From the NCBI RefSeq assembly GCF_009834535.1, contig NC_045697.1, positions 37,388,001 to 37,452,000 of the forward strand: DNA of 64,000 nt, in the 5' to 3' direction. Position 1 is the first letter of the stretch; each line of letters starts with the position of its first letter. Positions 51,031 through 64,000 of this stretch are shown piece after piece. A program made the translations under genes and the position numbers. The DNA is from Camelus ferus (Eukaryota). The notes beneath the pieces are model-generated. The model was not told the origin of the DNA and did no database searches. It saw only the letters and a list, made by a program, of their open reading frames with translations.

Positions 51031-52122
51031 CGTTTCTCAGGGCTGCTTTATTTATTTAACCAGTTCCCTATTTTCTCATTTTAAAAATGGTTATAACTAG
51101 TGCAAATAGTGGTTCTTTCTGCATGTAGCTATCTCACTAAGAGTTCTCCAAATTAAATTGAAAAATAGATCATTTTTAAAAATTCTTTATTGCTAAATGC
51201 TTTCTAAAAGAGTTGTGCCAATTTGCAGAGTGTGACCGGTGTGCTTCTTTTACTACACTTGCAAAATTATTCAGTTTATTTCAAATTAGTTTTGCTATTT
51301 TCCCATAGAATGGATATACATTATTTTTTAACAGCTTTATTGAAGTTTTGCTGTTTTTAATATGTGAAAGGGATGCTTTATTTAAGTTACTAGTTTATTT
51401 TTCCTTCTATATTTTCATGTCCTCTTTTTTCTATTACCTTAATTCGTTTTACCATATAGACATCTTAAAATGTCCATGTATTCAGGTTTATCTTTTATAT
51501 GATTTCTTTTTTTTTTCTGCTGTTGCTTCTTAAAGGCCTAGAAAACTATCCCCTTTGTAGAAGTTTGATAGAAGTCAGTTCAGTCGTTTAGGTAAAAGAA
51601 TGGTTTGATTGTTAAAATGCTGTCCTTGGTTCATCTGTGGTATATGATGCAATAAGAAGACCTAAGTTTGTTTTTTTTCAAATACTAAATGACATTCTTT
51701 CAACATGTTTATGGAACATTGGGGCAGTCTTCTGGATTTATGACATCTCCTTATCACATGTACAACTACACTGGGTCTGAGTATGGGCTAGAAACTATTT
51801 AGTTCAGATACTGTTTAACCTAATAAACATCATGACTGGTAGTTCCAGAAGACTTATAAGATGATGAGAGATCTTTAACAGAGTTGCTTAAGAGACAGAG
51901 ATGGGAGAATAAACATCTCCAGTTTGCGTCCTTTCTCACTTTATGACCACGAGACTCCAAGAGCAAAACAAAATGTAAAATGGCTACTTAAAATTCTTAT
52001 TTGTCATTGCTAATGAATACTGGACATCAGTGAGTTACGTTTATAATCCAAAGATGAAGTTGTGTTGTGTGCCGGGATTTTGTGGGTAACAGTTTCTTTG
52101 TATTTCATTCTGCTGTGACTAG

Positions 52123-52312
52123 ATAAAGGATTCATTAATATCTTCCCTACGATGAACACAACCGTATTTGTCAACGATGGAGAGAATGTGGATCTGGTTG
52201 TTGAGTACGAGGCATATCCCAAGCCTGAACACCGACAGTGGGTGTATATGAACAGAACCTTCACGGATAAGTGGGAAGATTATCCCAAGTCTGAGAACGA
52301 AAGTAACATCAG
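52123..52312 (+). CDS. KIT: KIT exon 6 (Ig D4, N-terminal part)
   Basis: Acceptor gactag|AT; donor CAG|gtgaga; 190 nt; [64 protein letters not shown]. The supplied ORF track does not show it. Confidence 0.98.
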
Positions 52313-53284
52313 GTGAGAAGAGGGCTTAGCGCTGGGGCTTACACGCTTCCGCCCGCCCCCCTGACTCTCCGGATCCTGTTTCTGTGACCCATCAGTGTGT
52401 GAGAGGACAGCTGGGACAGAAGGAAGTATGCGGCTACTTTCTGAGCCTTCTTCATTTCATTCTCTTGTGTGTTTGGAGCGCACAGAGAAGCCCATGCCTC
52501 AGTGTTCTCATTTGTAAACTGGAGGATAAAGTTCTCTCCTAGAATGTTTAAAGCAGTGACTGGCATAGACGGGGGGACACGTTAAATAATTCTCTTCAGA
52601 GAAAGAGGAATGTTCGTGCCTTTAATCATTTTTTTTAAACTGTAGGGAAACTAAGCCTCATTAAGTACCTTTGGGCCGGGCAGTGAACCCAAGTTGCTCT
52701 TACATCAAACCTCTCATTTGATCCCCAGAACATGTATAATGGAAACAGCAGTAGTGACACCTCATGGAAGCTGTCTGTGCCTTTTCCTGTTCTAAGTCCC
52801 TTCCATGTATTAACTCAACAATTTTAGTCTCCACAAACCCTATGAGGAGGCACTCTGACTTTCCTCATTTCTCAGAAGAGGAATCGGAGACTCAGATGAG
52901 TAATTTGTCCAAGAGCCAAAGGCTAGTGAGCGGTGTGTGCCTAGGTAGAGCTGGCATTTTCTTCTAGTCAGGAGCTCTTGGCTGTTGTCAGAATGTGGGT
53001 GACAGAGGATGCTGTCCTGGGCCAAGGTCTAAGGGCTGGTGGAAGAGAATGGATTGGGAGGTGTCCAGACTTCCTTCTTAAAGGACTTGGTGATTGAAGG
53101 GGTGGGGGAGAGGCAGGAGGAGTGGAAGATGCTCTCAGGAGTCTGGTTATGGCAGGCACACTGGATGGTGAGAGGCGATACTAGCTGAGTGGGGAGGGGC
53201 CAAGACAATGGACTCAGCTTGGGGTTTGTTGAATCTGGGGTTGACTGTGGGATCCTGAGTAGAGATATTCATGTAGGACAGACC

Positions 53285-53720
53285 CTAAGTCAGGTTCCCT
53301 AGAAGCAGAGCCTGAGAGACAGGGTCCCAGGCAAGGGCTTCATTAAAGGAGCGAGAGACCTGGCAGGGAGTGGAGGAGCTGGCTGGGGAGGGGAAAAGAG
53401 GAAAGAAAGGATGTGGGTGAACGTGGTCTGGTCCCAGGGGCACCCTGCACTGAGGGGCATGAAAATAGCTCTGTAGAGCAAGGACACATAGGTCAGACAG
53501 GGCTGGACTAGAGGGCAGGTTGTGAAAGTTGTGAGTGGACAGCCAGTAGTTCAAGGGAGCGTGGATTGCCCAGGGAGCGTGTGCAGTGTGAGAGGGGAGG
53601 CCGGACAAGCCACCGTGTGAGTCAAGTCTGTTGTGTGGGCCGAGAGCTGGCCAGGGTGCTCCCTCCACACTGGAGCCCACGTCGGTAACTCCCCCGATGG
53701 TTGGACTGTGTGCTCAGTCT
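53285..53720 (-). mobile_element. Old ERVL-type LTR fragment
   Basis: Minus strand ends ...TCTCAGGCTCTGCTTCTAGGGAACCTGACTTAGG, a typical ERVL LTR 3' end; the other boundary is uncertain. Confidence 0.55.
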
Positions 53721-54311
53721 ACGCTGCTGTCTCTGGTGGCCCTGGTGTCAAACAGAAGCTTGAATAGCAAATGTTGCAAAGGATACTTGGAAGAAGTACC
53801 GGGGTAGGAGGAAAACCAGGAGATGGTGGTGTTGCAAGAAGGAAGGTGAGGGCAGTGGTATTGACCTTGCTGTGTGGCCCTGAAGTGTCTGTGTGGAGAC
53901 ACCTACATGTAGACGATGGGCAGTCTGGGGTTTTGCCAGGCGAGTGCCAGTAAAGCAGGGCAGGCGAGTTCAGGACACTGGTGAGAGGGAGGTTGAACAG
54001 AGGACCAGGGCGGGGAAGGATGCGGCCGTGGGGACAGCACAGGAAGAGGGAGAGGCTGCCGTGTCCGTGAGGTTGCCTTTATGCTGAGAAACCTTGCTTC
54101 ACTCTATTCTCACACGCTAGGCGCTGGTCGCCAGTGAAATATGTGTGTATGTGTGTGTGTTTGCATTTTTTAACGTGGTTCTTGCAATTACTGAGTTAAG
54201 TGGGGCATATTTTTCCAAAACGGGCATGTGTTTCCAGGTAGAAACTGACAAAGACACACCCTCCAAGGCAGGCCGTCCCCAGGTGACTGATGAGGTGTCC
54301 TTTCTTTGCAG

Positions 54312-54427
54312 ATACGTAAGTGAACTTCATCTCACCAGATTAAAAGGGACCGAAGGAGGCACCTACACGTTTCTCGTGTCCAATTCTGATGTCAGTTCTT
54401 CCATGACGTTTAGTGTTTACGTGAACA
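54312..54427 (+). CDS. KIT: KIT exon 7 (Ig D4, C-terminal part, with the Arg381/Glu386 D4-D4 contact residues)
   Basis: Acceptor tttctttgcag|AT; donor ACA|gtgagt; 116 nt; [38 protein letters not shown]. Confidence 0.98.
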
Positions 54428-57400
54428 GTGAGTAGACCAAATGCCCTCTTATCTTTTTATTTTTTTATTCTTTTAAGTTGTGGCTCGTGTTTGTAACAGC
54501 TGCCGCACCGGGTTCATTGTGTACTGGGTAAATAATGTTTCATGATAATTTTGACCTTAACAAAGACCTCGTGGTTTGGTGGTTGGAAGAATGTGTACGG
54601 AAACCAGTTCCTTGTCCTACATTTCGCTGACCACATGACCTGGTAGCTGACTCTCAGATTCTGGGTGCTGCCTTTGAAGTCAACAGAGGAGCCATAGAAG
54701 TGAAAAATAATAGTTCGAGGGAGAGTGTATTGCTATTGATTGTTGAAATGGGGAGCCAGAGGTTGAATAGGAGCTGGATTATAGTATTAGGTGGGAAAGA
54801 GATGCTTTCAAGCCCTGACATGATTTCTTTGTTATGTTGCTTTCTCTTTCGGGGTTGGGGTATTATTTGAGTTTAGATTGTTCTCCCACTGACATGAATG
54901 TAGTATTGGTCTGGGTGGGTCGCCACTGCGTCCCATGCAGGGATGTGGGGGAAGGGAGCAGGTGGTTTAGGGTGGGAGGATGGCGGTGGACGTGAGAACC
55001 TGAACACCTTAGCCCTGCGTGGCCAGCACCCCACAGTGTCTTGGGGCAGTGTCTCTGCACAGAGGCTGAGGCCCAGGGAGAGTGTTCACCAGCTGGGGCT
55101 TTTGCCAGGGGTAGGGTCTGCTCCTGGCTCTACTCCGGGGCTGTCTGCATTTCCCAGGAAGGGCAGCAGGTTCCTGGCACACACACCACACCAGGGAAAG
55201 GACCAGAGACGGGAGGCTTCCAAAGACAAAGAATCCCCAGGGACTGGCCCAGAAAATGACCACTGAAATTAGCCATCCTGGGCATGGGGGGAGCAGGTGA
55301 GGTGATGACCTGGACCACTCCCTAGAGAGCAGCTTTGCATGTGTTGGGCAGCAGGATGGGACAGGTCCCTGTCCTCGAGGAGCTGATTATTTGCCATATG
55401 GAGTGGTTTTCCATCACCACCTCACTGATGCTGTGCTCACCAGCACGGTGAGGGGGGTGCATGACCCCTTTACAAATGAAGACAAGAAACAGCTAGCGAG
55501 TGGCATTCAAGACAGGTTTTTGATTGCTAATCTGGAGTCTTTTGTCTATTTCAACATTTCCCAAATTGTGTTTCCTGAACAAGGTGTTAACATGTAGTTA
55601 AATAAGTGTCGCATCGGCATAAACACTTTTCTGACCTGCGGGCTTGCCCCGCAACCTTAATACGCTAACGTGTATTACACCTTCCCAGGGGGAGGCGTGG
55701 GATTGAGCATACATCTCCGATGTGTATGACCACAGAGCTCAAGGGAAACATGTTAATTAACATCTCAGTTCTTTGGAAAGTTTTGATTACATGGTATCTC
55801 ACTGGCCTGCAATTCAAGTATCTCTAGATTAATTCAGATGTTAATCAGAGGAGCTTAGTGTATCACACATGGGCAAAATTACCTGCTTCTGAAAAATCTT
55901 AATGTTCAAGTAATTGAAGAGATGATTGCAGGTAAATCAATATTCTTGCAAGCATCATCTGCATCCTGTCCATACAAAACTTTATTTTGGGTGTTCTAGC
56001 GCAGTGCTTCATCCCTGGTAAAGGACCCTTTGTTTTCCTAGTTTCCAGTTCATTCTGGATCAGTACTTACACAGTGAGAACCAGTCACTAGAAAAGTGAG
56101 ATGGAAAAGAACAAAGATACATAAAAATCTAAGAATGGATTTTTTTTATTATTAGATTCAGCAGATATAATAATTAAATTAAACTGTTCCTTCTAAATGC
56201 TTATCTCAGCTTCTGTACTTACCTCCTGTGGACCACTACCAACAGATCATGGACAAGGCCTGGCTTTGAGAAGCTTAGTAGTTGGGAATTTTATACGGTT
56301 GGGTTGCTTGCATTTTTCCCCTGGCTTCAAAGGATGCATTAAGGTCTGTCTCTTTTCCCCTTTTTCATGCTCCCATTTGCCAGCATATGGTCTGCCAGTT
56401 GGTCATGAGTCATCAACCTTAGAAGGACATCTCTGAAGTCACCCTTACTTTCCTCTGGGTGACGGAAGTGCTACCATTTTACTTACCAGCCTAATTTACC
56501 ACTGGACGGGATCCGTTTTAATCACCTCTGCTGGTGAACACATGCTTGTTTGAAACTAGACAGGAACTATGGTCTTAACCTTCCCAAATGATCCTTTCTT
56601 GGATTCCTTGTTAGTGCAGGAGGCCTCTGCTCCTGGGGTCTGGGTGCGTAGAGCACCCAGCATGTACTGAGCTCCTGCTTTGTGGCACTGAGCACGCAGG
56701 TGAAGGTGTGTCGTTTCTGCCCTCTTGGGTGAATCTCTTCAGGTAGTCTCTTCATCGGTGTCAGTTTATTCCAAACACTAAGCTGATAAAAGCTGTTTAT
56801 TTCGCTTACCTAACCCCTTGGATTTCTTGATCTCCAGAGGCTTTGACAGAGGTAGCATTTTTGTATGAAACTTTGATCTGTTTCCTATGAAATATGTCCC
56901 AGCTGATCTTCACAGATATAGTTAGCTAGTTTCTTTGTTGATTTTTATTTCTGGGGCTTGGAAATTCTAATTAATGCTCTCATGATGCCAAGTTTTGTTT
57001 TGTTTTGTTTTGTTTAATGTTATATGTTAAAATCAGAAGCTCAAAATAGTTTAAAACTTGGAACAATTGTGTCCATTTGACATACCGTGGTTTTAGCTGA
57101 GCCAAGTACACATGTAGATCTACTGCATGGTTTAGTCTGTAAATAAACTGAGCCCCAGGAATTTTTGCACTCTGCAAAAATTAGAATGAATAAAAATCAG
57201 AATAATAATTGCAAACTATTAGTGTAGGAAATTCAGGCTACTTTTACTCAGTGACAGGGACCCATAATTGCTTAATAGATTCAACTGTGAGAAATGCTCA
57301 GGAAAATCCTTGATTTTAAATAGTTAAATGTTGGTGGCTGAAAAATCCATTTGTTTTGAAAATTCCGCATGTAGATCTGAAGATATTGTGTGTGTTTGTG

Positions 57401-58004
57401 TTTTAGTCACTTATGTGGGAGACTTTGAGAGAAAAATATGTACTTGTTAAGCTTGAAAATGTTTTAATATGTTTTTAACATCTCTAACAAGCCATAATTT
57501 ACATGGGTCTGTTAAGTTGACTCAGTGACATTAAACGTGGTTTATAATGGCCAAAAAATGAAACAAAAAAATCAGTGATTCTTTACATTGAAGTTGCATT
57601 ACTATATTTACTCTTGAATTGCTTATTGGAGACATATATGGAAATCAGATTCTTAGTTCTAAAAAGAAGTTTGATGTCTTCAATGAAAATGACTGTTTCC
57701 CATTCAGATCAAAATTGGGAGGAAAATAGAGGTCTAAGAACTATAAAGCTACCCAAATGTGTTTTCTTTTTTTTTTTCTTTTCCAAATGTGTTTTCTTAA
57801 TAGGCTTTAACTACTCTTTCCAAACTTCCTGCAGATGTTGGAAAAAAGTGGCATCATCAAGATCCTGTAGGTAGCCTGTGACGCTTGATTAGAAACCTCT
57901 GGTCTCTTCGGTTACAACAAATGTCACATAATAAAAAGGCCAAACATGTATTTTAACCCTAATTATCCACTTGTCTCCTCTTTATCCGTCTTTCTCATAC
58001 ACAC

Positions 58005-58290
58005 CCCCCACATTTTCCTTATCCATTCATCCATTGAAGGAAATTTAGTTTATTTCCATACCTAGGCTATTGTGAATATTACTGCAGTGAACATGGTAGT
58101 TCTGTTTTTCATTCCTTGAGGAAACTTCATACTGTTTCCATAATGGCTATACCAGTTCACCTTCCCACAAACAGTGTACAAGAGTTCCCTTTCCTCCACA
58201 TCCTCACCAACACCTGTTTTCTCCTGTCTTTTTGATAATAGCTATGCTGACAGGTGTGAGACGATATCTCACTGTGGTTTTGATTTGCCA
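58005..58290 (-). mobile_element. L1 fragment
   Basis: CCACATTTTCCTTATCCATTCATCC...CCCACAAACAGTGTACAAGAGTTCCCTTTCTCCACATCCTCACCAACA...GTGGTTTTGATTTGC. Confidence 0.82.
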
Positions 58291-59502
58291 GTAAACTAAA
58301 ATGACACTTCAAAATGCTATCTGGTTGCATTTCCAGATCAGTATTATGAATTTAAGATTTGTGGCAAATGATATCTAGGGGCCATACATAGATCCCTCTC
58401 CCATCTTGAAGATCTCTCCTTTAATGACAGACCTACCGGCTGAGTGAGAGGCCAGTGTACTCAGGTGGTGGTACAGGAAGGCAGGTAGGACAGGTAAGGT
58501 CTAGGGAACGAAGGGGCTCACCTTTCATCTTCTGGCTTACGAGGAACACAAGTAATGTTAGGCTCGATTGGATATCCTAATGACTGCTGAACTCTACCAG
58601 ACTGACTCTCAAAATCACCCAGTTTCCCTCTGTTTATGGCAGAGTGTTAACAGGGGGTTGGACCAATTTAAGGAGAAGCTAAATAATGTATTATTTCTAA
58701 ACCACTGCATCATATAATTGACATCCTGTCTGGTGTGAGCAATTATGTATAGATCCTACGGTATACCCAAATCAGTCAAGGTAGTAAATCACCCAGGATG
58801 AGGCCTCGTGATGGGAATACTTCCCTTTGACTGCATTTGCAGAATCTGGGCTGCCTTTTATGTAATTTTGGTCATAGTTAAATACAGTTACAAATGGCTG
58901 AACTGTCCTTCCAGGGAGAAGCCACCTTAAGTGCCACACCCTGCAAATAAAGCACAGAGCAGCCCACCATTTGCTGAAGGTGTGGGTAGACCTGTGAGGA
59001 CAGCCGTGCAGACAGATGGCTTCAGACGGCCTCCCAGCCATCCATCTGGGTCACCCGCTTGGCTGGAAGTCTCAGGGCCTTTATCTAGGCTGAAATAATA
59101 CCCACGGTGGGCTTGCCTGCAAGGACTGCTCAGTTTGGGGGTTTGGGACACCTTTCGAGATCCTCATGAGTCAAAGTTACTAGGACTTTGCCTTTTTGGA
59201 AGGTGGAAATGTTTTCCTACCTCATAACCTGTTAGCCTTTCTATTTCCATTTTTTAAAGATGATATAGGACCTTCCAAACGTTTGGGTGTCCAAACCATA
59301 CATGGGTTAGAGGCTAAAATTTTTAGACTTACTAGTAACACACTAACCAAGTTTTGCTTGAGAAGCTTTGCTTTTTAGTGTTTTTCTGTGTTTTTTTTCC
59401 TCTCTTTTTCCTATTAGATGGGTTCTATTAGACCTACTCCTGGGTTAAATTATTGGAATGCTGAAACATTAAATGAAGCTAGTGCTAAATAGAACTCCGT
59501 CT

Positions 59503-59636
59503 TTTTTTTAGAAAACTTGTTTTTGGTTTTTTTGTTTGTTTGTTTTGGATTTTTTTGTTAGTGGAAGTACTGGGGAATGAACCCAGGGCCTCATGCATGC
59601 TAAGCAGCGCTCTACCACTGAGCTATACCCTCCCCC
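59503..59636 (-). mobile_element. Vic-1-like SINE (short form)
   Basis: Minus strand GGGGGAGGGTATAGCTCAGTGGTAGAGCGC...; flanking repeat AGAACTCC at 59491-59498 and 59638-59645. Confidence 0.88.
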
Positions 59637-61388
59637 AAGAACTCCTTTCTGATTTATTTACTTGCTTTTGAGAGTTTGCTGTAAGGTTTGTGCAAACATT
59701 TGTATGCGTGTGTTTTTAGATGAAAGTAATTTTTTCTTCTTATAAAAAAGTTATGTGAAGAATAGAATAGCTAGAAAATATAAATAAGCAAAAATAAGAA
59801 TCAAACAAGTTTTAATTGTGCCTTTTAAATTTTATTTGCATTTTATGGATTACGAGTGCTAAGATGTCTCTTCATGTGTATTTTTACAGGCCATTTTTTT
59901 AAACTGTTTTTTTTGGGGGAGGGACACAAATGAGCTTCTTTTGCTCACCTTGTTTTGGTGTGGAACAGTGAATGCATTGTAAGCAACTTTCCATGCCATA
60001 AAATTTCTTCTACGATATCACTTTGGCATCTCACTGCGTGGATGTTTTGTAATTTCTTGAACCCATATCTGATGCCATTTGAGACATTGTGGTATACGAG
60101 GTGGGGCTCTGAAATGATGTGACTGAGTTTTTAAAGAAACCATCAAACGATTACTTAAAGTTTACAATTATCTTGTTTAATCTGAAGTGAGTGACCTCGC
60201 CTGAGTGCCTGGAAGTCAATGAGGTTATCATCTGTCATTATCTTTCCTGCTCCTGTGTCTTGAACATATGTCATGGGAGATGTGCTGTGCTGGCTCTCAG
60301 GACAGTTCCAAATGAAGGAATAATTTTCAGATCTTAGTATGGGTAGCTAATCTATGTAAAAATAGTTGCTTGTCTTTCTACATTAATCTTTTCATAGATA
60401 ATTTGAGATACTTGACAGTGTCTGAACTCTGGTTTTATTTTCTCTTCCTGAACTTGAGATGAGTTTTTGTTCTCAAATTGCTTGGGAGTTATGAGTGTTG
60501 TTTTTTGATGTGACACTTTAATATCTCCTCCTTATGCAGAGGATCTTTCTGGATGCAAGAATTGCTATAGACATTTAAATTGAAAGAAAAAAGGGATATC
60601 ATGGCAACCTACTTCCAGAGTAGGATTTGATTCTCTTATATTCTGAAAAGATTTTAGGAAATGTGTTGACATCATTTTTTCTTCATGTCTCATAAGAGGT
60701 CTGGTGGGGTCTGTTGCTAATTGGGGGATCTATTTAAATGCTGACCATTTGGAGGGCAGGGTAACCTGTCTGGATCCTTAGGCCCTTTGTTGGTGTGGTC
60801 TGGCCATTATTTCATGTCTGTGGTGGAAAAGCAGGAGGAAAAAACCTAGGTATATAACCATGTAAATCTTTGGCGAGTCTTGACCCTGGACCTGGGACAT
60901 ACTTTTCTAAAAATAGCATGAGTAGTAACTTTCACATTAGTGGAACTTCTACTCTGTGGAAATCTCCTTTCCAATTGAGCCACATGTGTTTTTACATCAA
61001 ATTAGCCCCCTTCGTTTGCAAATGTATACAGTGTCACCTATAATTTAGTGGAAATTTAAATTCATCCAAGAGTAGGTACATAATTTTTCCATGGACATTG
61101 TGTCAGTAACTCTTCTCTATTTCTGAATTATGAGGCAAAATGAATTCACTACTTTGACAGAGTAGAAAAATATACCATTTTATCACATGCCTGATCCCTT
61201 GGCAGCAAGCAGAGTTGCATTGTGATGTGTGTGCGTATTCCCCCTTCCCTGTCTGGATCGCCCGACAAGGGTACTCGTATAAATTGAGCACCGTGATTCT
61301 GGCTGAGGAAGCCTTTCTCCAGGTACTTTCGTCATTTTAAAAAAACTGACTTTCAGGATTAGAAGATCTTTTTGATGGTTGTTTAGAA

Positions 61389-61722
61389 CAGAGATTGGCA
61401 AACCATAACCCTTTGGCCAGATTTGACAGGTATCCTATTTTTGAATGGTCCATAAACTAAGAATTAATTCCTTTTTCCTTTTCCCTTTCTTTTCCTTTCT
61501 TTCAGAGGTGGGAGAAAATGGTTGAAAAAAATCAGATTTTGTGAGAAGTGAATATAAAAGCCAAGTTTCAGTGTCCATAAATAAAGTTTTATTGGAACAC
61601 AGCTACGCACATTTGCTCACACATCTATGGCTATGTTTGTGGTGTAATGGCAGGATCGAGTATTTATAAGAGAGACTCTTATTTACTGTCTCATTCTTTA
61701 CATTGCAAGTTTGCTTACCCCT
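61389..61722. mobile_element. hAT-Charlie relic (MER58-like)
   Basis: CAGAGATTGGCAAACCATAACCC...TTTCAGTGTCCATAAATAAAGTTTTATTGGAACACAGC...AAGTTTGCTTACCCCT. Confidence 0.72.
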
Positions 61723-63144
61723 CATTTAGAACATCACTTCATTTTTACAATGATAGACACTCTGCTAAACATAGGCAGATGCAGGAGACTGTAGTTGAAG
61801 TTTTGTTGTGTTTGTTAACCAAATTTCTATGAAAGTGCCCATATGCCAGTTTCTGGGTATCTTTAAGAATGTATAAACCAAAATGCATTTCCTGTAATAT
61901 CTATTCTGGGGATTTTTGAAAAGTACGATATTCCTTTTATAAGTAAAAGTTAACTTGAGTTTTTTTTTTTACTTCTGTTTTAGTTGATTTTAATTCCTTT
62001 ATTATAATGATACTATGGCAGGAATGTGGATTTGACTCAGACCCAAAAAAGGATAGTGACGAATTGCTACTAAGTATTGCTGTATTGCCATTGAATCTCA
62101 TCAGATCTACAATCATAAAAACACATTTATCCTTATGATCCCCCTTCATTTAGTCTTCTGTTATATGCAGACTTACGTCTGTGTTCTTTGCTGATTATAT
62201 AGTGTGGTCAAATGTGCATTTGTAGCAGGAGTTGGTAGAGGTGGTTAGGGTGAGTAAACAATTGTACACAGAGCTTCCCCCGTTACTTGGGTACCTCCTC
62301 CCACCACGCACTCCCAGCTCCTATTATCTGTACTGTGTTCTTTAAAATCTGATTTTTTCTTGCCTTCCTTATGGACCTGATGGTGGTGAAATAATTTTTT
62401 TTTTTTAAGATCACATATCTGTGGGGGTAAATCAGCAAATGGTTGGGATTTTTAATTGCATGAGCAATAAATTCTCAGAAGGGTTATAATTATAAGTACT
62501 CTGAAATCTGCCACAGGCTGATCCGTGTTGTTGGAGACACCAGAATGACTCAGGTCCACGGCACGTTGAAAGGAGACAAGGCTGTTTTTTATCTCCACAG
62601 GAAATACATAACTTATATACTTCTTAGGCTTATCTAAACCTCCAACTTGGGAGGAATTAGGGAATGTGTCATTTGGTGTACTGCTGATTGCAGAATATCT
62701 AAGAAAACACAGCTCAGATTTAACCTGGAGAATTGCAGGGAGTTAGGAATCTTTAAAAGCAAAATGTATATTTAATGACTTAGACGGTGCATTGAGGCAC
62801 TTAGAAAATGCAGATGAGCCCAGATTTTCATTTTTAGGAATCAGAATTAAACCTAGCTCATTCTTTATGCATTAAACATTTTCCTAGTGCAACTTGCCAC
62901 GTACAGCCCAAACTGTACTCGTGTAATTTATCCTTTTCAGAATGAGGTCCTTGTCACTAGTGTTAGGGACAGGGCTGGAATTAGGATGAGGCAAGAGAGT
63001 TGCCTAGGGTGTAAAATTCAAGGAGGGGCTCAATCACGGTGCTAGCCTATATTTGCAATACCTAGAAGGTGGGTGGGTGCCTTCTTCAATTCCTCACCCT
63101 AGATGCTTTTCTTTGCCTCACCTTAGTGAGGTAAGGCTCTGATA

Positions 63145-63300
63145 GGGTCCCTTGAAGATTCTCTGAAAAAAGCCCATTGCTGGCTAAGATCCTCAGCTTA
63201 CTAAATCTCCAGGGGCTGTGGGGGGGAGGTGGCAGGAATGTGCATTTTAACCTCTTCTCTTAGTGCTTCAAATGCTCATCGAAGTTTGAGGGACCTTCTG
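63145..63300. mobile_element. MER5-like hAT relic
   Basis: GGAATGTGCATTTTAAC...ATGCTCATCGAAGTTTGAGGGACCTTCTG resembles the MER5 end. Confidence 0.5.
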
Positions 63301-64000
63301 CCAGCCTAAGATTCACCAGGACAAGAGCTACTCCTCAGGTAACGGTTGCGATAGTGGCTTAAAAATCTGCCTAATTAGCCAGCAGGCAGAAACAAGTAGG
63401 CCAGCCGGACCCCACCCCTTGCCAGCCCTGGCCGTTGTATAACTGCCACCAGGTGTCACGCTGGAAGGCTTGGCTCTGAGAGCAGTTGTACCCAAAGCTA
63501 AATGTAATTGATTATGTAATTTTTAGCTGTTCCAATTTTTTTTAAGTTGAAAAATGTTTTATAGGGTCATTATTAGCTATGTGTTCATTGTAAGAAAAAA
63601 ATGAGAAAATAAGTCAAAAGAATGAAATAGAATCTATCCTCAACCCGTTACTACCAGAGATGACCACTGTGAACATCTTAAGGCATCCTTTCAGCCCTTT
63701 TTTTCCTACTGGGTTAAAACTGAATTCCACTGAAAATCCATTATGTAGCATTAGGAAGAATGAGGGACAGAAGAAAGGTTAGTATAAGGACATGGGTATC
63801 AGGAAGTTAATTCCCCCTTGAGTCCTACCCAGTTATCTTTACTCTCCATTCATAGACCCTCCCCTCATCATTAATCTCAGTATGGAAGAAAATTCACACA
63901 GCCAGGGATATGTGTGGATTTCTCATCTCATGCCCACCACTGCAAAAATAATGTAAATTGTGCCCCTACACGGGAAAGTCACCATTAGGCTTTTCTTCCA

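Larger units (their letters stand above)
6576..54427 (+). other. KIT: KIT gene, 5' part (coding exons 1-7: signal peptide and Ig-like D1-D4); continues past the window end
   Basis: Seven GT-AG-bounded exons translate to recognisable KIT peptides ([70 protein letters not shown]). Exon sizes and phases match human KIT except exon 2 (+1 nt). Confidence 0.99.

Noticed and set aside
50843..51100. ORF with a poly-tyrosine tract
   Set aside because: Simply the translation of the (TAT)21 microsatellite.
6576..54427. Calling the locus a KIT pseudogene
   Set aside because: Promoter, all splice sites and six of seven exons are intact with conserved cysteines; a single indel fits an allele or an error, not decay.
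54428..64000. KIT exon 8 or a nested gene in intron 7
   Set aside because: I found no KPEIL-type exon or coherent spliced ORF; intron 7 is long in other mammals, so exon 8 is expected beyond the window.
1..64000. CRISPR array, operon or other novel multi-gene system
   Set aside because: No regularly spaced repeat-spacer array and no second gene were seen; the window is explained by one vertebrate gene plus interspersed repeats.

Overview
Mammalian genomic DNA, most likely camelid given the tRNA-Ala-derived Vic-1-like SINEs; the species cannot be determined from sequence alone. The window holds the promoter/CpG island and coding exons 1-7 of KIT (the SCF receptor tyrosine kinase) on the + strand, encoding the signal peptide and Ig domains D1-D4. 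Exon 8 onward was not found and lies beyond the window. All exons have GT-AG boundaries. Their coding lengths are 67/271/282/137/169/190/116 nt, matching human KIT as I recall it except exon 2, which is 271 rather than 270 nt. The main finding is one extra T at 38673 (c.93_94insT), which frameshifts KIT to p.Gly32Trpfs*24 (stop TAG 38742-38744). This is either a null allele (white-spotting candidate) or a sequence error. The rest is intron and upstream DNA rich in SINE, L1, L2, MIR, LTR and DNA-transposon relics. I found no evidence of a new multi-gene system. Nearly all ORFs in the supplied track are spurious, and repeat family names are from recognition, not a database search.
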